Under the pieces are notes generated by a model. That model was not told the origin of the DNA. It did not search any database and saw nothing but the letters and a program-made list of their open reading frames with translations. Below are positions 37,668-46,626 of a DNA stretch of 64,000 nucleotides, piece after piece (position 1 is the stretch's first letter; every line of letters begins with the position of its first letter). The stretch lies in contig CAZUNO010000003.1 of NCBI GenBank assembly GCA_964621445.1, positions 1 through 64,000 on the forward strand. Reading direction: 5' to 3'. Source of the DNA: Candidatus Hadarchaeota archaeon (GTDB lineage Archaea; CAYQAE01; CAYVLA01). A program made the position numbers and the translations under genes.

Positions 37668-38870
37668 CTAGGAAAGGTTTGAAATCTCTCTTGCCAGACT
37701 CATCTGTCTACTGAAAGCTCCCTTCGCCTTTCCCCGTCTTGTTAGGTCGCCGATATTGCCCATTACTTCACTTGAAATTGGTGCCGGCTGCTCCCCGGCC
37801 ATCGATGAGCCGGACAGGGGCATGAAATGATGAATCCTGATCTCACATCCCCGGTCGACGAGCTCGGAGATCAAACCCACGGTTTCCAGCTGATCGCTCT
37901 CGGTTTCTCCTGGAAAACCGAACATCAAATCCACACAGGGAACCAGGCCTGCATCCAATAGAATATCCACCGCGGAACGAATATCCCTCACCTTATGTCC
38001 CCTTCTCATTTTCCTGAGAATATCATCCGATCCCGATTGCCCCCCGATACTCACTCGTTCATTATCCGCCAATCGGGATATCAGATCTGCAGTCTCTGGG
38101 GTCACGAAATCCGGTCTGGCCTCGCTGGGAAAGGTTGAGAAGAATATCCTCTTCCTTCCCGGGAGGTTTCTCAGGGATTCTAGAAGCTCCTGAACCCGTG
38201 AAACATTGGGATTTCCATTCATTGACCCGTAACCCAATGAGTTAGGAGATATGAATCTGAAATCCCACCGATCCCTTAGCTCAACCAATCTCCTGGCAGC
38301 CTCCAGAACCGAGCCAACGGACCTGTGACGAAGTGGTCCGCAGCATTTCGGAACCGAACAATACCTGCATTTAAAGAGACATCCCCGGCTGATCTCAAGT
38401 GGGGGGTACAGAGCATGCTTGAAGGAAACCGGTGGGTAGCGGTCAAGGCTATCGATGGGTTCTCCCCTTACGATGGGCCATGAACCCGGCCTTTTTTCTC
38501 CACAGAGCGCATTCAATACACCAGGGAAAATTATCTCCCCTTCACCCCTCACCACGGCGTCAAACCCGATTTCCAGCACCTTTTCCGGCGATCCCGTCGC
38601 ATGGGGCCCACCAGCAAGCAGTTTTGCCTCATGACCGAATTCTTTCCTGATGTCCCTTACCAGTGACATCGTTTCCAGGAATTCCGTGGTCATGAAGGAC
38701 ATGCAACATATCACCGGTTTGAAATCCGGGATGAGCCGACCTATACGGGAAATAACATCCTTGGAGAGGAATACCTTCCCCTCAAAATCCGACTGCTCTA
38801 TGGAATTGACCAGAGGAACGTAGCTATACCAATTTCTATTCGTAGTATGAAAGACGATCGCTGGTCTCAA
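37668..38870 (-). CDS. B12-binding domain / radical SAM protein (TIGR04013-like)
   Basis: SFMT, AGGPHATG, GEGE, EISRGCLFKCRYC, FISPN...YG, FPSEARP, IHHFMPL. Confidence 0.85.
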   Translation of the reverse strand: MRPAIVFHTTNRNWYSYVPLVNSIEQSDFEGKVFLSKDVISRIGRLIPDFKPVICCMSFMTTEFLETMSLVRDIRKEFGHEAKLLAGGPHATGSPEKVLEIGFDAVVRGEGEIIFPGVLNALCGEKRPGSWPIVRGEPIDSLDRYPPVSFKHALYPPLEISRGCLFKCRYCSVPKCCGPLRHRSVGSVLEAARRLVELRDRWDFRFISPNSLGYGSMNGNPNVSRVQELLESLRNLPGRKRIFFSTFPSEARPDFVTPETADLISRLADNERVSIGGQSGSDDILRKMRRGHKVRDIRSAVDILLDAGLVPCVDLMFGFPGETESDQLETVGLISELVDRGCEIRIHHFMPLSGSSMAGEQPAPISSEVMGNIGDLTRRGKAKGAFSRQMSLAREISNLS

Positions 38871-38883
38871 CTCATCTCCTCAG

Positions 38884-40020
38884 CTAAATCCCGATGAGAA
38901 GGGGGAGGTCCTGAAGCTTTCCCTCGGGCAGGACACCGTCTGCATACCTCTCAACCATGCCCCCCTTATCATATGCTATTCCGGTTCCCGCCTTCCGAAT
39001 AATTGAAAGGTCATTCGCCCCATCACCCACCGCCAATACCTGGTCCAGGGTTAAGCCGAGGTCGCTGGCCAGCTCCTTCATCTTCCTGCACTTCATCTCC
39101 CGGTCGATGACCTTCCCTCTCACCGTTCCGGTCAGACGCCCGTCCTTGATCTCAACCTCATTCCCTATGGCGTGGTCCATTCCAAGTCTCTGTCTGGCCT
39201 TCTCGGTGAAGAAGGTGAAAGCACCGCTTATGATTGATGTCTTCATGCCTCCCATTCTCAGCCTTCTCAGGAGCTGGGACACGCCCTCCGTGGTATCCGC
39301 CTTGGCCCAAACGTCCTGCAACTGTTCCTCGGTGACCCCTCTCAGGAGGGCAACCCTCTGTAGAAATGATCTCCTGTAATCCAATTCACCCGACATGGAT
39401 CTCTCTGTAAGCTCCTCGACCTGTTCCTTCTTTCCCGCCACCTTCCCAACCTCAACTATAAGTTCCTGGGCCACCAGGGTGCTATCAAGGTCAAAACAGG
39501 CCAGCTTCTTTCCTTTTTTAAAAAGGGAAAGGGGCTGGGAGATCATCCCTAAATCATGCCTCTCCGCCATATCAAGGAAATCCGGTCTCTTCTCGATTAG
39601 AGGGGTATGTCTCTCAGTGGAAAGACGGAAGTCCAAAGCGGCTGGCTGACCGGGATTGTGGTCCATCCTCACCAGGTCCAGTCCTGGGACCTCGTTTGAG
39701 AGATTCTCAAGCTTTCCTAGAAGGGCGGATTGACATTCCTCGGTCCTATGGACATTTCCAACCGCTCTAATAAACCAGTCCGATCCGGGAGGCGGGGGGT
39801 TATCGGCCACGGGGTTTCCCAGAGAAACGGAAATTCCCGGACCAACGATATCGGAGACTCTTTGGGTGGAGGTAGAGGAGGCAAGCCAGACATAGAGTAG
39901 GGTCTCCTTCCTCAGGGTTCCCAGGAGCGACAGACCTTCCTTGTCGAGAATTCTAACGATTTCTATTGCAGAATCGGTGGGATCCAGTTTCAGCAGGAAG
40001 ATCTTACCCCTGGGGGTCAT
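38884..40020 (-). CDS. serB: Phosphoserine phosphatase with degenerate N-terminal ACT-like region
   Basis: FDLDSTL, TERSMSGELDY..S...RV, ISGAF, K, VGDGANDL. Confidence 0.85.
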   Translation of the reverse strand: MTPRGKIFLLKLDPTDSAIEIVRILDKEGLSLLGTLRKETLLYVWLASSTSTQRVSDIVGPGISVSLGNPVADNPPPPGSDWFIRAVGNVHRTEECQSALLGKLENLSNEVPGLDLVRMDHNPGQPAALDFRLSTERHTPLIEKRPDFLDMAERHDLGMISQPLSLFKKGKKLACFDLDSTLVAQELIVEVGKVAGKKEQVEELTERSMSGELDYRRSFLQRVALLRGVTEEQLQDVWAKADTTEGVSQLLRRLRMGGMKTSIISGAFTFFTEKARQRLGMDHAIGNEVEIKDGRLTGTVRGKVIDREMKCRKMKELASDLGLTLDQVLAVGDGANDLSIIRKAGTGIAYDKGGMVERYADGVLPEGKLQDLPLLIGI

Positions 40021-40135
40021 GCCTTGGGCACGTCTAAGTTAGCTAATTAATATTGTCGCCTTGAGATTGTCCTTTCCAGTCCTGGATTTTGGTATCCGAA
40101 TAGATTTTATAAGCTCAAGAGGACTTGGAAGAAAG

Positions 40136-41215
40136 ATGGAAAACGGTGTCTCCCGGCGGCAATTCATCAAGGCCAGCTTTGCTGCATCCGCCCTTGCGCT
40201 TGCAGGTTCCAAAACGGTCGCTGCCCAAACGGAGCCGGGACCCGACTCCATAATAATGGCCAGGGACGGGACCCCAAATGAGCTGGTATCAGCGGCCCTG
40301 GAGCCCATCGGGGGGATGGAACGTTTTGTCAGCCCCGGTGACACCGTGCTGGTTAAGCCTAACGCAAGTTTCGCCGTTGGACCCGATACGGGACCCAACA
40401 CGAACACGGCCGTTGCATCAACGGTAGTTGGGCTGGCCCTCGAGGCAGGGGCAGACCGGGTTGTCTTGGCCGATCACACCATAAGTAAGCCTGGTTCAAT
40501 AACCACCAAAATCAATGGGCTCAAATCCGCGGCAGAGAGCTACGGAGGAGAGTTCCTCGTCCTACAGGAAAGCTCAGATTTTCAATCGGTACCCGTTGAA
40601 GGGGCAACAACGCTGACCGACACCGATGTCGCAAATATTTACCTAGATTCCGACACCCTCATCAACCTCCCCGTGCTCAAACACCATGACGCAACCGGCT
40701 GTTCCATTGGTCTCAAGAACCTGATGGGTCTCGTATATGACCGTAGCTTTTTCCACAAATACGGGCTCTACACCTGCATTGCGGAACTGTCCCTGGCCAT
40801 CAAGCCCGACATTACCATCGTGGATGCCACCAGGACATTAATGACAAACGGTCCTCGAGGACCCGGCGAAACACAAGACCTGGGCAGGATTGTAGCGGGT
40901 GTAGATCCAGTGGGCGTGGACGTCGCATGCATCGGACTGGGCTCTTCTCTAGGCTATTCGGGTTTTGATCTGGATAGGCATAATGAGTATATATCCATTG
41001 CACAGGACCTTGGTATCGGCGATGGTAATCAGGCGTCCGTGGCCGCCAAGACCTTTGACTGGGACTCCTCCCAACAGGATTGGAAGTGCATCGCAACCGA
41101 GGATAATGGAGGTCTGCCGGAATGGACTCCCTACGCATCCCTATCCCTGGCATCGATTGCACTGGGACTGGCTGCCACCACTTTCGACCGCAGGAGGGGC
41201 CGGGATGTCCAGTAA
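40136..41215 (+). CDS. Tat-exported DUF362 protein with C-terminal membrane anchor
   Basis: VSRRQFIK Tat motif, VLVKPN, NTN, PVLKHH..S.GLKNLMG, GPRGP, DPVGVD; ends LPEWTPY-hydrophobic-RRR. Confidence 0.8.
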   Translation: MENGVSRRQFIKASFAASALALAGSKTVAAQTEPGPDSIIMARDGTPNELVSAALEPIGGMERFVSPGDTVLVKPNASFAVGPDTGPNTNTAVASTVVGLALEAGADRVVLADHTISKPGSITTKINGLKSAAESYGGEFLVLQESSDFQSVPVEGATTLTDTDVANIYLDSDTLINLPVLKHHDATGCSIGLKNLMGLVYDRSFFHKYGLYTCIAELSLAIKPDITIVDATRTLMTNGPRGPGETQDLGRIVAGVDPVGVDVACIGLGSSLGYSGFDLDRHNEYISIAQDLGIGDGNQASVAAKTFDWDSSQQDWKCIATEDNGGLPEWTPYASLSLASIALGLAATTFDRRRGRDVQ

Positions 41216-41882
41216 GGATGGGGAAAATACACCGTTCAACGATATGAGCAGGCGCAAATTCCTCGGGGTTGTCGCTGCAGGCGGTGCTATCTCAGTGGCC
41301 GGGATTAGCATGGGCGGGAAAACAGAGGAAGTCGATCTACTCAGGCCACCGGGCTCCATCGAGGAGGATGGATTTCTATCCCTCTGTGCTCGCTGTGGGA
41401 GATGTGTGAGCGTGTGTCCCAACTCGGCGCTGCGCCTCCAGGGATTTGAAAATGGTGTACATAATTGGTTGACCCCGGAGCTAGTTCCGGGAAATGGCTA
41501 TTGCATCATGCCCGTAAACGGTTGTCAGAGGTGCATAGAGGCCTGTCCGGCCAAGGTTCTCCAGCCCATCGATCTGGAGGACGTGGCTCCTGGCGAGCTA
41601 TCAGGCCGGCTGAAGATGGGAACGGCGTCGGTGGACACCGACATCTGTATCCCCTATTCCCTTAAGCAGCCCTGTCTTGCATGTAAGGAGATATGTCCCG
41701 TTGAGGGAGCAATAACCACACACGGAGGAGAGGGAGAGGGAGGCCGGATCAAGAAACCCGAGTTCAATAACGATATTTGCGTGGGGTGCGGGGCGTGTGA
41801 GAATGCCTGTCCCACCACCCCCAAAGCGGTTACCGTATCCTCGGAAGGTGCCTTGAGAACCGGGTGGAGGGACAGAATATGA
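41205..41882 (+). CDS. NapG/MauM-like Tat-exported 4Fe-4S ferredoxin
   Basis: ATG 41205 after AGGAGG; SRRKFLG, LRPPG, CARCGRCVSVCP, C..CIEACP, CLACKEICP, CVGCGACENACP. Confidence 0.85.
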   Translation: MSSKDGENTPFNDMSRRKFLGVVAAGGAISVAGISMGGKTEEVDLLRPPGSIEEDGFLSLCARCGRCVSVCPNSALRLQGFENGVHNWLTPELVPGNGYCIMPVNGCQRCIEACPAKVLQPIDLEDVAPGELSGRLKMGTASVDTDICIPYSLKQPCLACKEICPVEGAITTHGGEGEGGRIKKPEFNNDICVGCGACENACPTTPKAVTVSSEGALRTGWRDRI

Positions 41883-42649
41883 CTGAGGAGAAAGGCTTTC
41901 TCTCCTCCATAAAGGCCAGGTACCTCAGGCACATCGTCCAGGCCCAGGTGATGATCGTGATGATATATGCGGTCAGCCATCCGCAGATCCCGGTCTTCGT
42001 TCTTTGGAGGATCGACCCTCTGCTGAGTTTCGGTGCCGCCCTGTCAGGGGAGGTAATTGCTCTTGGATTCATAATTCTGGCCATTGCCATGCTAGTTCTC
42101 GCCGCAATCCTTGGCCGGGCTTTCTGCGGATGGGTGTGTCCCATCGGGTTCCTCCAGGATTTAACCTCCTATGGCACAAATAAGAAATGGATGCCCGAAT
42201 CCCTCAGATACGTCAAATACGCGCTATTAATCGGAGGTCTCGGCATGGCCGCTGTGTCGGGCTGGAATTTTCTGCATTGGATAACACCACTAAGCATGTT
42301 TCCTAGAGGTATTTCACCGGTCTGGGAGTGGTTCGATACCTCAGTATTTGGGCTTTCCATCCTATTATTGGCCCTGGGGTTTTCTGCCGTTACCGAAAAG
42401 AGAGCCTGGTGCAGGTATGTGTGCCCTCTCGGAGCAATGCACTCCCTTCCCTCCGGGTTCCGCGCGGTAGGAATCGACCTCGACCGGGATAAATGCATCA
42501 AATGCATGAAATGTGAGAAGGCATGTACAATGGGCATCATAGACATAAAGGGGCAATGGGGGTTGAGATGGGATTCCGAGTGTATCGACTGCCTTTCCTG
42601 CCGTGATGTCTGTCCGGTTGATGCCATAAATCTATCAACTAGGTTTTGA
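41879..42649 (+). CDS. NapH/MauN-like membrane 4Fe-4S protein
   Basis: ATGA overlap; GRAFCGWVCPIG, R.WCRYVCPLG, CIKCMKCEKAC, CIDCLSCRDVCP. Confidence 0.85.
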   Translation: MTEEKGFLSSIKARYLRHIVQAQVMIVMIYAVSHPQIPVFVLWRIDPLLSFGAALSGEVIALGFIILAIAMLVLAAILGRAFCGWVCPIGFLQDLTSYGTNKKWMPESLRYVKYALLIGGLGMAAVSGWNFLHWITPLSMFPRGISPVWEWFDTSVFGLSILLLALGFSAVTEKRAWCRYVCPLGAMHSLPSGFRAVGIDLDRDKCIKCMKCEKACTMGIIDIKGQWGLRWDSECIDCLSCRDVCPVDAINLSTRF

Positions 42650-42659
42650 TACGGAAATC

Positions 42660-43088
42660 ATGCGAATTTTATTCATACATGTGGAATCATTTCATTACGA
42701 GGTAAAGGAAAGCACCCCGGTGGCCATGGATATTGGCCCATCGGAGAGGGAGAAAACCCTGGGAGAATCGCTCCTCGTCCTCTATGCCGTCGAGGATGTC
42801 GATGAAAAAGATCCTATAATGGTGTCCGAACTGGCTGCACTGCAAATCGAGGAATACCTCTCAACTATAGGCAAGAAACAGATAGTGCTCTTCCCCTTCG
42901 CCTACCTTATAGGTAAGGACGAGAAAGGCTCTGCATCCACCGCAGGTAGGATGCATCATCTACTTATGGATGCCCTTGGGAAGAGGGACTTGCCGGTAGT
43001 TCCCTTTGGATGGTATAAAAAATTCTCCTTAACCTCTAAAGGACACCGATATGCGGTTCATTCCGCCAGGGTTGTCCCCGAAGGTTAG
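42660..43088 (+). CDS. Free-standing archaeal-type threonyl-tRNA synthetase editing domain (divergent)
   Basis: MRILFIH..F.YEVK, AVE..DE, FPFAYL, PFGWYK.F....KGH. Confidence 0.8.
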   Translation: MRILFIHVESFHYEVKESTPVAMDIGPSEREKTLGESLLVLYAVEDVDEKDPIMVSELAALQIEEYLSTIGKKQIVLFPFAYLIGKDEKGSASTAGRMHHLLMDALGKRDLPVVPFGWYKKFSLTSKGHRYAVHSARVVPEG

Positions 43089-43091
43089 TCA

Positions 43092-43652
43092 TCAGCCCTT
43101 GTTGGCCTTGTCCAGAAGCTTCATCATGAGGTCCTGTTCCCGGTTCTTTCTCGACTCGTATATGGAATCCACGACCTTCCTCGCTTTATCCCTCTTCTCG
43201 AGTCGCATAAGCTCATCAACATACTCCTTGTCTATGCCGGTGAGGAGCCGAGACCGGCGTTTTCCACCATTCGTCGACCCATCTGGCTTACCAGCTCTGG
43301 ACTTCACTCTTTCTATCTCCTCTTCCTCTTCCATCATTTCCAGTATTTCAATATACTCTTTATCTATTGGAGAGAGTCCATCACCATCAACGTTCCTTCT
43401 TCTGTTATAGGAAAGGTCTAATGCCTCCTCGGCCTCTTCCTTATTCCCACCCTCCAGCAGGGCCTCGTAGCATTCCCTTTCCTCCGGGGTAAACAGGGAA
43501 TCCTGTTTTCTCTTGCTTTTCTGATAGAATTCATCCACTTTGTTCTTCGCGTCTTCGTTATAGCCAAGTCTGATGAGTTGCTCGATATAATCTCTGTCCA
43601 GGGGTGACATAAGCGCCCCCTGGAAAACCTTGACTACCTCTTGCTCAGACAT
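43092..43652 (-). CDS. Hypothetical charged helical protein with four internal repeats
   Basis: LMSPLDRDYIEQL / LFTPEERECYEAL / GLSPIDKEYIEIL / LLTGIDKEYVDEL; GTGA-type RBS and consensus TATA upstream. Confidence 0.7.
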   Translation of the reverse strand: MSEQEVVKVFQGALMSPLDRDYIEQLIRLGYNEDAKNKVDEFYQKSKRKQDSLFTPEERECYEALLEGGNKEEAEEALDLSYNRRRNVDGDGLSPIDKEYIEILEMMEEEEEIERVKSRAGKPDGSTNGGKRRSRLLTGIDKEYVDELMRLEKRDKARKVVDSIYESRKNREQDLMMKLLDKANKG

Positions 43653-43691
43653 CCCATCACTTCTTCACGGATCCTATTGAACTGGGTTAGC

Positions 43692-43790
43692 TAAAATGAT
43701 TTAATATATAAATATCTTGCATTATACCTGAAAAAAATTTTGTATTTTACTATAATTATTTTTCAAATTGAATATTTTCCCTTTGAAATC
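43692..43790. promoter_or_regulatory. AT-rich divergent promoter region
   Basis: TTTATATA on the minus strand (43712-43705); long A/T tracts between divergent genes. Confidence 0.55.
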
Positions 43791-43874
43791 TCTTCTCCTT
43801 CCTTGATCCCCCCGGGAATTTTATCAGATCATAATAGTTATCTGTTCCCTGAACAAGACGTCATGGGAATATCC

Positions 43875-45113
43875 ATGGCCCAACTCGCAATTGATGGTGG
43901 CCCCAAAACAAGGGACAGATCTTTTCCAGGCTCTAGGTGGATAGGAAATGAGGAATTAAAGGAACTCGTTGACGTGATCTATTCCCAGAAGCTAAACCGC
44001 GTCGCGGGAACGAAGGTATCCAAACTCGAGAAGGAATTCTCAGAACTCTATGGTGTTAACCACGGCATAGCCTCCACCTCGGGGACATCCTCAATACACG
44101 TTGCCTTGGGAGCAATCAATCCTGATCCTGGGTCGGAGGTAATTACCACCGGAATCTCCGATATGGGAAGCATAATCCCAATACTGGCCCAGAACTGCAT
44201 CCCGATATTTGCCGATATGGACCCCAAGACCTACTCAATGGATCCAGATGACCTAAAGGATAAGATAAGCGAGAGAACCAAGGCGGTGATCGCCATTCAT
44301 CTGTTCGGGCTAATGGGGAATATGGAAGAAATCCGTGATATATGTGATGAAAATGACATATACCTTATCGAGGATGCCTGCCAGGCCCATATGGCCGAAA
44401 GCAATCAGAAATTGGCAGGGACATATGGCCATTTCGGGTGCTTCAGCTTCCAGCAATCAAAGCAGATAACATGTGGGGACGGGGGCATGACCATTACCGA
44501 CGATCCCGACCTAGCTTCACGGGCCCGTCTTTTTGCGGATAAGGCATGGCCTAGGGAAGGAGGATGGGCAAAGCGGGGCTACCTTTTCTTTGCCATGAAC
44601 TACCGCATGACCGAGCTACAGGGAGCGGTTGCCCTGGCCCAGCTGAAGAAAGTGAAGGCGATAGTGGATAAGAGGAGAAAACTAGCCTCGCAACTCTCTG
44701 CCGGACTGGAAGAGGCCCAGGGCGTGAATACCCCCTGGGTTCCGGAAGGGTCAAAACACTCCTGGTGGCTTTATCCAATAACCATAGACCAGGAACTGCT
44801 CGGAGTTACGCCTGAGGAATTTGCTAAGGCGGTGAGCGAGGAGGGAATACCGATTTCCCAGGGCTACATAAAACGTCCTCTGTACATGTTCCCGGTTCTC
44901 ACCGAGAAGAGGACATACGGATCATCCCACTGCCCCTTTGATTGCCCCATCTATGGAAAAGAGATCGAGTACAGAAAAGGCCTGTGCCCGGAAACGGAGC
45001 GCATACTGGAGGAAGTCATTACCCTGCGGGTCTGGGAATCCTGGGAAGAAAGCGATGTCCAGGACGCAGCCGAGGGGATAATCAAGGTGAGTGACCACTA
45101 CGCCAAACCGTGA
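43875..45113 (+). CDS. DegT/DnrJ/EryC1/StrS PLP-dependent aminotransferase
   Basis: LAIDGG, SGTSSIH, IEDACQA, FSFQQSKQITCGDGG (PLP Lys), NYRMTELQGA. The listed 43740 start runs through AT-rich promoter sequence. Confidence 0.9.
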   Translation: MAQLAIDGGPKTRDRSFPGSRWIGNEELKELVDVIYSQKLNRVAGTKVSKLEKEFSELYGVNHGIASTSGTSSIHVALGAINPDPGSEVITTGISDMGSIIPILAQNCIPIFADMDPKTYSMDPDDLKDKISERTKAVIAIHLFGLMGNMEEIRDICDENDIYLIEDACQAHMAESNQKLAGTYGHFGCFSFQQSKQITCGDGGMTITDDPDLASRARLFADKAWPREGGWAKRGYLFFAMNYRMTELQGAVALAQLKKVKAIVDKRRKLASQLSAGLEEAQGVNTPWVPEGSKHSWWLYPITIDQELLGVTPEEFAKAVSEEGIPISQGYIKRPLYMFPVLTEKRTYGSSHCPFDCPIYGKEIEYRKGLCPETERILEEVITLRVWESWEESDVQDAAEGIIKVSDHYAKP

Positions 45114-45843
45114 ACCCGGTGACCAGGTAATTGATTGTAACACCTTTTTTGGGTCACGTCCAAGACAGGGCTTAACGGTCACCCATGAAAACCTCATCGA
45201 GAAGCTTAGAGAAAGAGGTGTTGGGAGAACGGTCTCCATCTCTCTCCAGGGCGTCTACCACGATTTCGAAAAAGGCAACCTCGAAACCCTATCCGTGTCA
45301 AAATCGAGCCAAGAGTTCATCATTCCTGCCTGTACTATTGATCCAAGGCGGTTCTATGGTCAGAGGTGCAAACTCGGGCTGGAAAAATTCGCGGTCCTAC
45401 GACTTTTCCCGGATCGGCAGGGATGGCCAGTTGACTATGCTCCATTCCACAAGATTCTAGATATTGCCTCCTCGGCCGGGATCCCGATAATGATACCGGC
45501 TGGCGGAAAGGGGAGACCAACCCAGATAGCAAAGGCGGCTGAGGATTATGCAATCCCTATCATATTTAGCTCCGTCAATTATTCCACGCTTTCCGAGATA
45601 CTGGTCCTGCTCGGCAAGCACTCAAACCTGTATATAACAAATGACATGTTAAACACGCCAGACGGGGTGGAGCTTTTCTGCGACCAGGTGGGACCCGAGA
45701 GACTCCTCTTCGGATCAAATTTTCCCTTCACCTATCTCCAAGGGCCCTTGATCACGATCAAAAAGGCCCAGATCCCAAGAACCAGCAAGATCAAGATACT
45801 GAAAGAGAATGCTGAAAGGATTCTGATTTGCGATGATATTTGA
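45091..45843 (+). CDS. Amidohydrolase-2-like TIM barrel lacking the HxH motif
   Basis: IDCNT replaces xDxHxH; RLFP...W, RLLFGSNFP, ILKENA. Confidence 0.7.
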   Translation: MTTTPNREPGDQVIDCNTFFGSRPRQGLTVTHENLIEKLRERGVGRTVSISLQGVYHDFEKGNLETLSVSKSSQEFIIPACTIDPRRFYGQRCKLGLEKFAVLRLFPDRQGWPVDYAPFHKILDIASSAGIPIMIPAGGKGRPTQIAKAAEDYAIPIIFSSVNYSTLSEILVLLGKHSNLYITNDMLNTPDGVELFCDQVGPERLLFGSNFPFTYLQGPLITIKKAQIPRTSKIKILKENAERILICDDI

Positions 45844-46570
45844 CGTGCATGCCCATTGCGGAACCTGGTTCTTCCCCACATTTTGTGAAACCCCCGAACA
45901 AATGTCCGGTATTTGCGACAGGTTTGGAGTGGAGAAGGTGGTGGTCTCCTCCTCTCGAGCCCTAACCTACGACATGGTTACCGGCAACGCGGAGGCACTT
46001 GACTTCGTAAAACAGGACCCGAGATTCTTTGCTTACCTGTACCTGAATCCTAACGACCTCCAGGGATCGAGGGCGCAAATAGACCGCTACCTGGAAATGG
46101 ACAAATTCGTGGGAATCAAACTACACCCCTCCTATACCGGCCTAAAGGCTGACTCCGAGGAAACCCTCGGACTTCTTGACTATCTTCCCCATGGTGCCAT
46201 CCTCCTCATCCATACCTGGGGAGAGGACGGGGTTGGTAGGGTACATCATCTAGCCGAAAAATTTCCCAACTTCGATGTAATTATGGGGCACATGGGAGGT
46301 ACCTCTCGATCAGGGTGGATGGCAGCAATAGACTCTGCATCAAGAATAGAAAACGTGTATCTGGAGATATGTGGTAGCCTCCTGCATTACGACCGGATAA
46401 AGATAGCCGTGGGCTCAGCGGGGGCTGAAAAGGTTCTGTTCGGCTCCGATATGTCCCTCCTTAACCCCTCCTTTGCCCTGGGCCAGATCATTGGGTCCTC
46501 AATATCGGAGGGGGATAAGAAGATGATACTCCGGAACAACGCGGTCCGTCTTTTTGGATTCGAGGACTAG
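45833..46570 (+). CDS. Amidohydrolase-2 family metal-dependent hydrolase
   Basis: FDVHAH, GIKLHP, LIHT, MGHMGG, VLFGSD, NAVRLF. Confidence 0.88.
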   Translation: MIFDVHAHCGTWFFPTFCETPEQMSGICDRFGVEKVVVSSSRALTYDMVTGNAEALDFVKQDPRFFAYLYLNPNDLQGSRAQIDRYLEMDKFVGIKLHPSYTGLKADSEETLGLLDYLPHGAILLIHTWGEDGVGRVHHLAEKFPNFDVIMGHMGGTSRSGWMAAIDSASRIENVYLEICGSLLHYDRIKIAVGSAGAEKVLFGSDMSLLNPSFALGQIIGSSISEGDKKMILRNNAVRLFGFED

Positions 46571-46626
46571 AATCCGCCTGATAAACGAGGAATCCTTTTT
46601 GAACCTAGATCCCTCTTTGAGAATGA

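Noticed and set aside
40965-41204. 5' extension of the listed 305-aa ferredoxin ORF
   Set aside because: It overlaps the DUF362 gene; ATG 41205 has an RBS and precedes the Tat motif.
43692-43790. AT-rich tract as a possible replication origin/DUE
   Set aside because: No ORB repeats or initiator gene; explained by divergent promoters.
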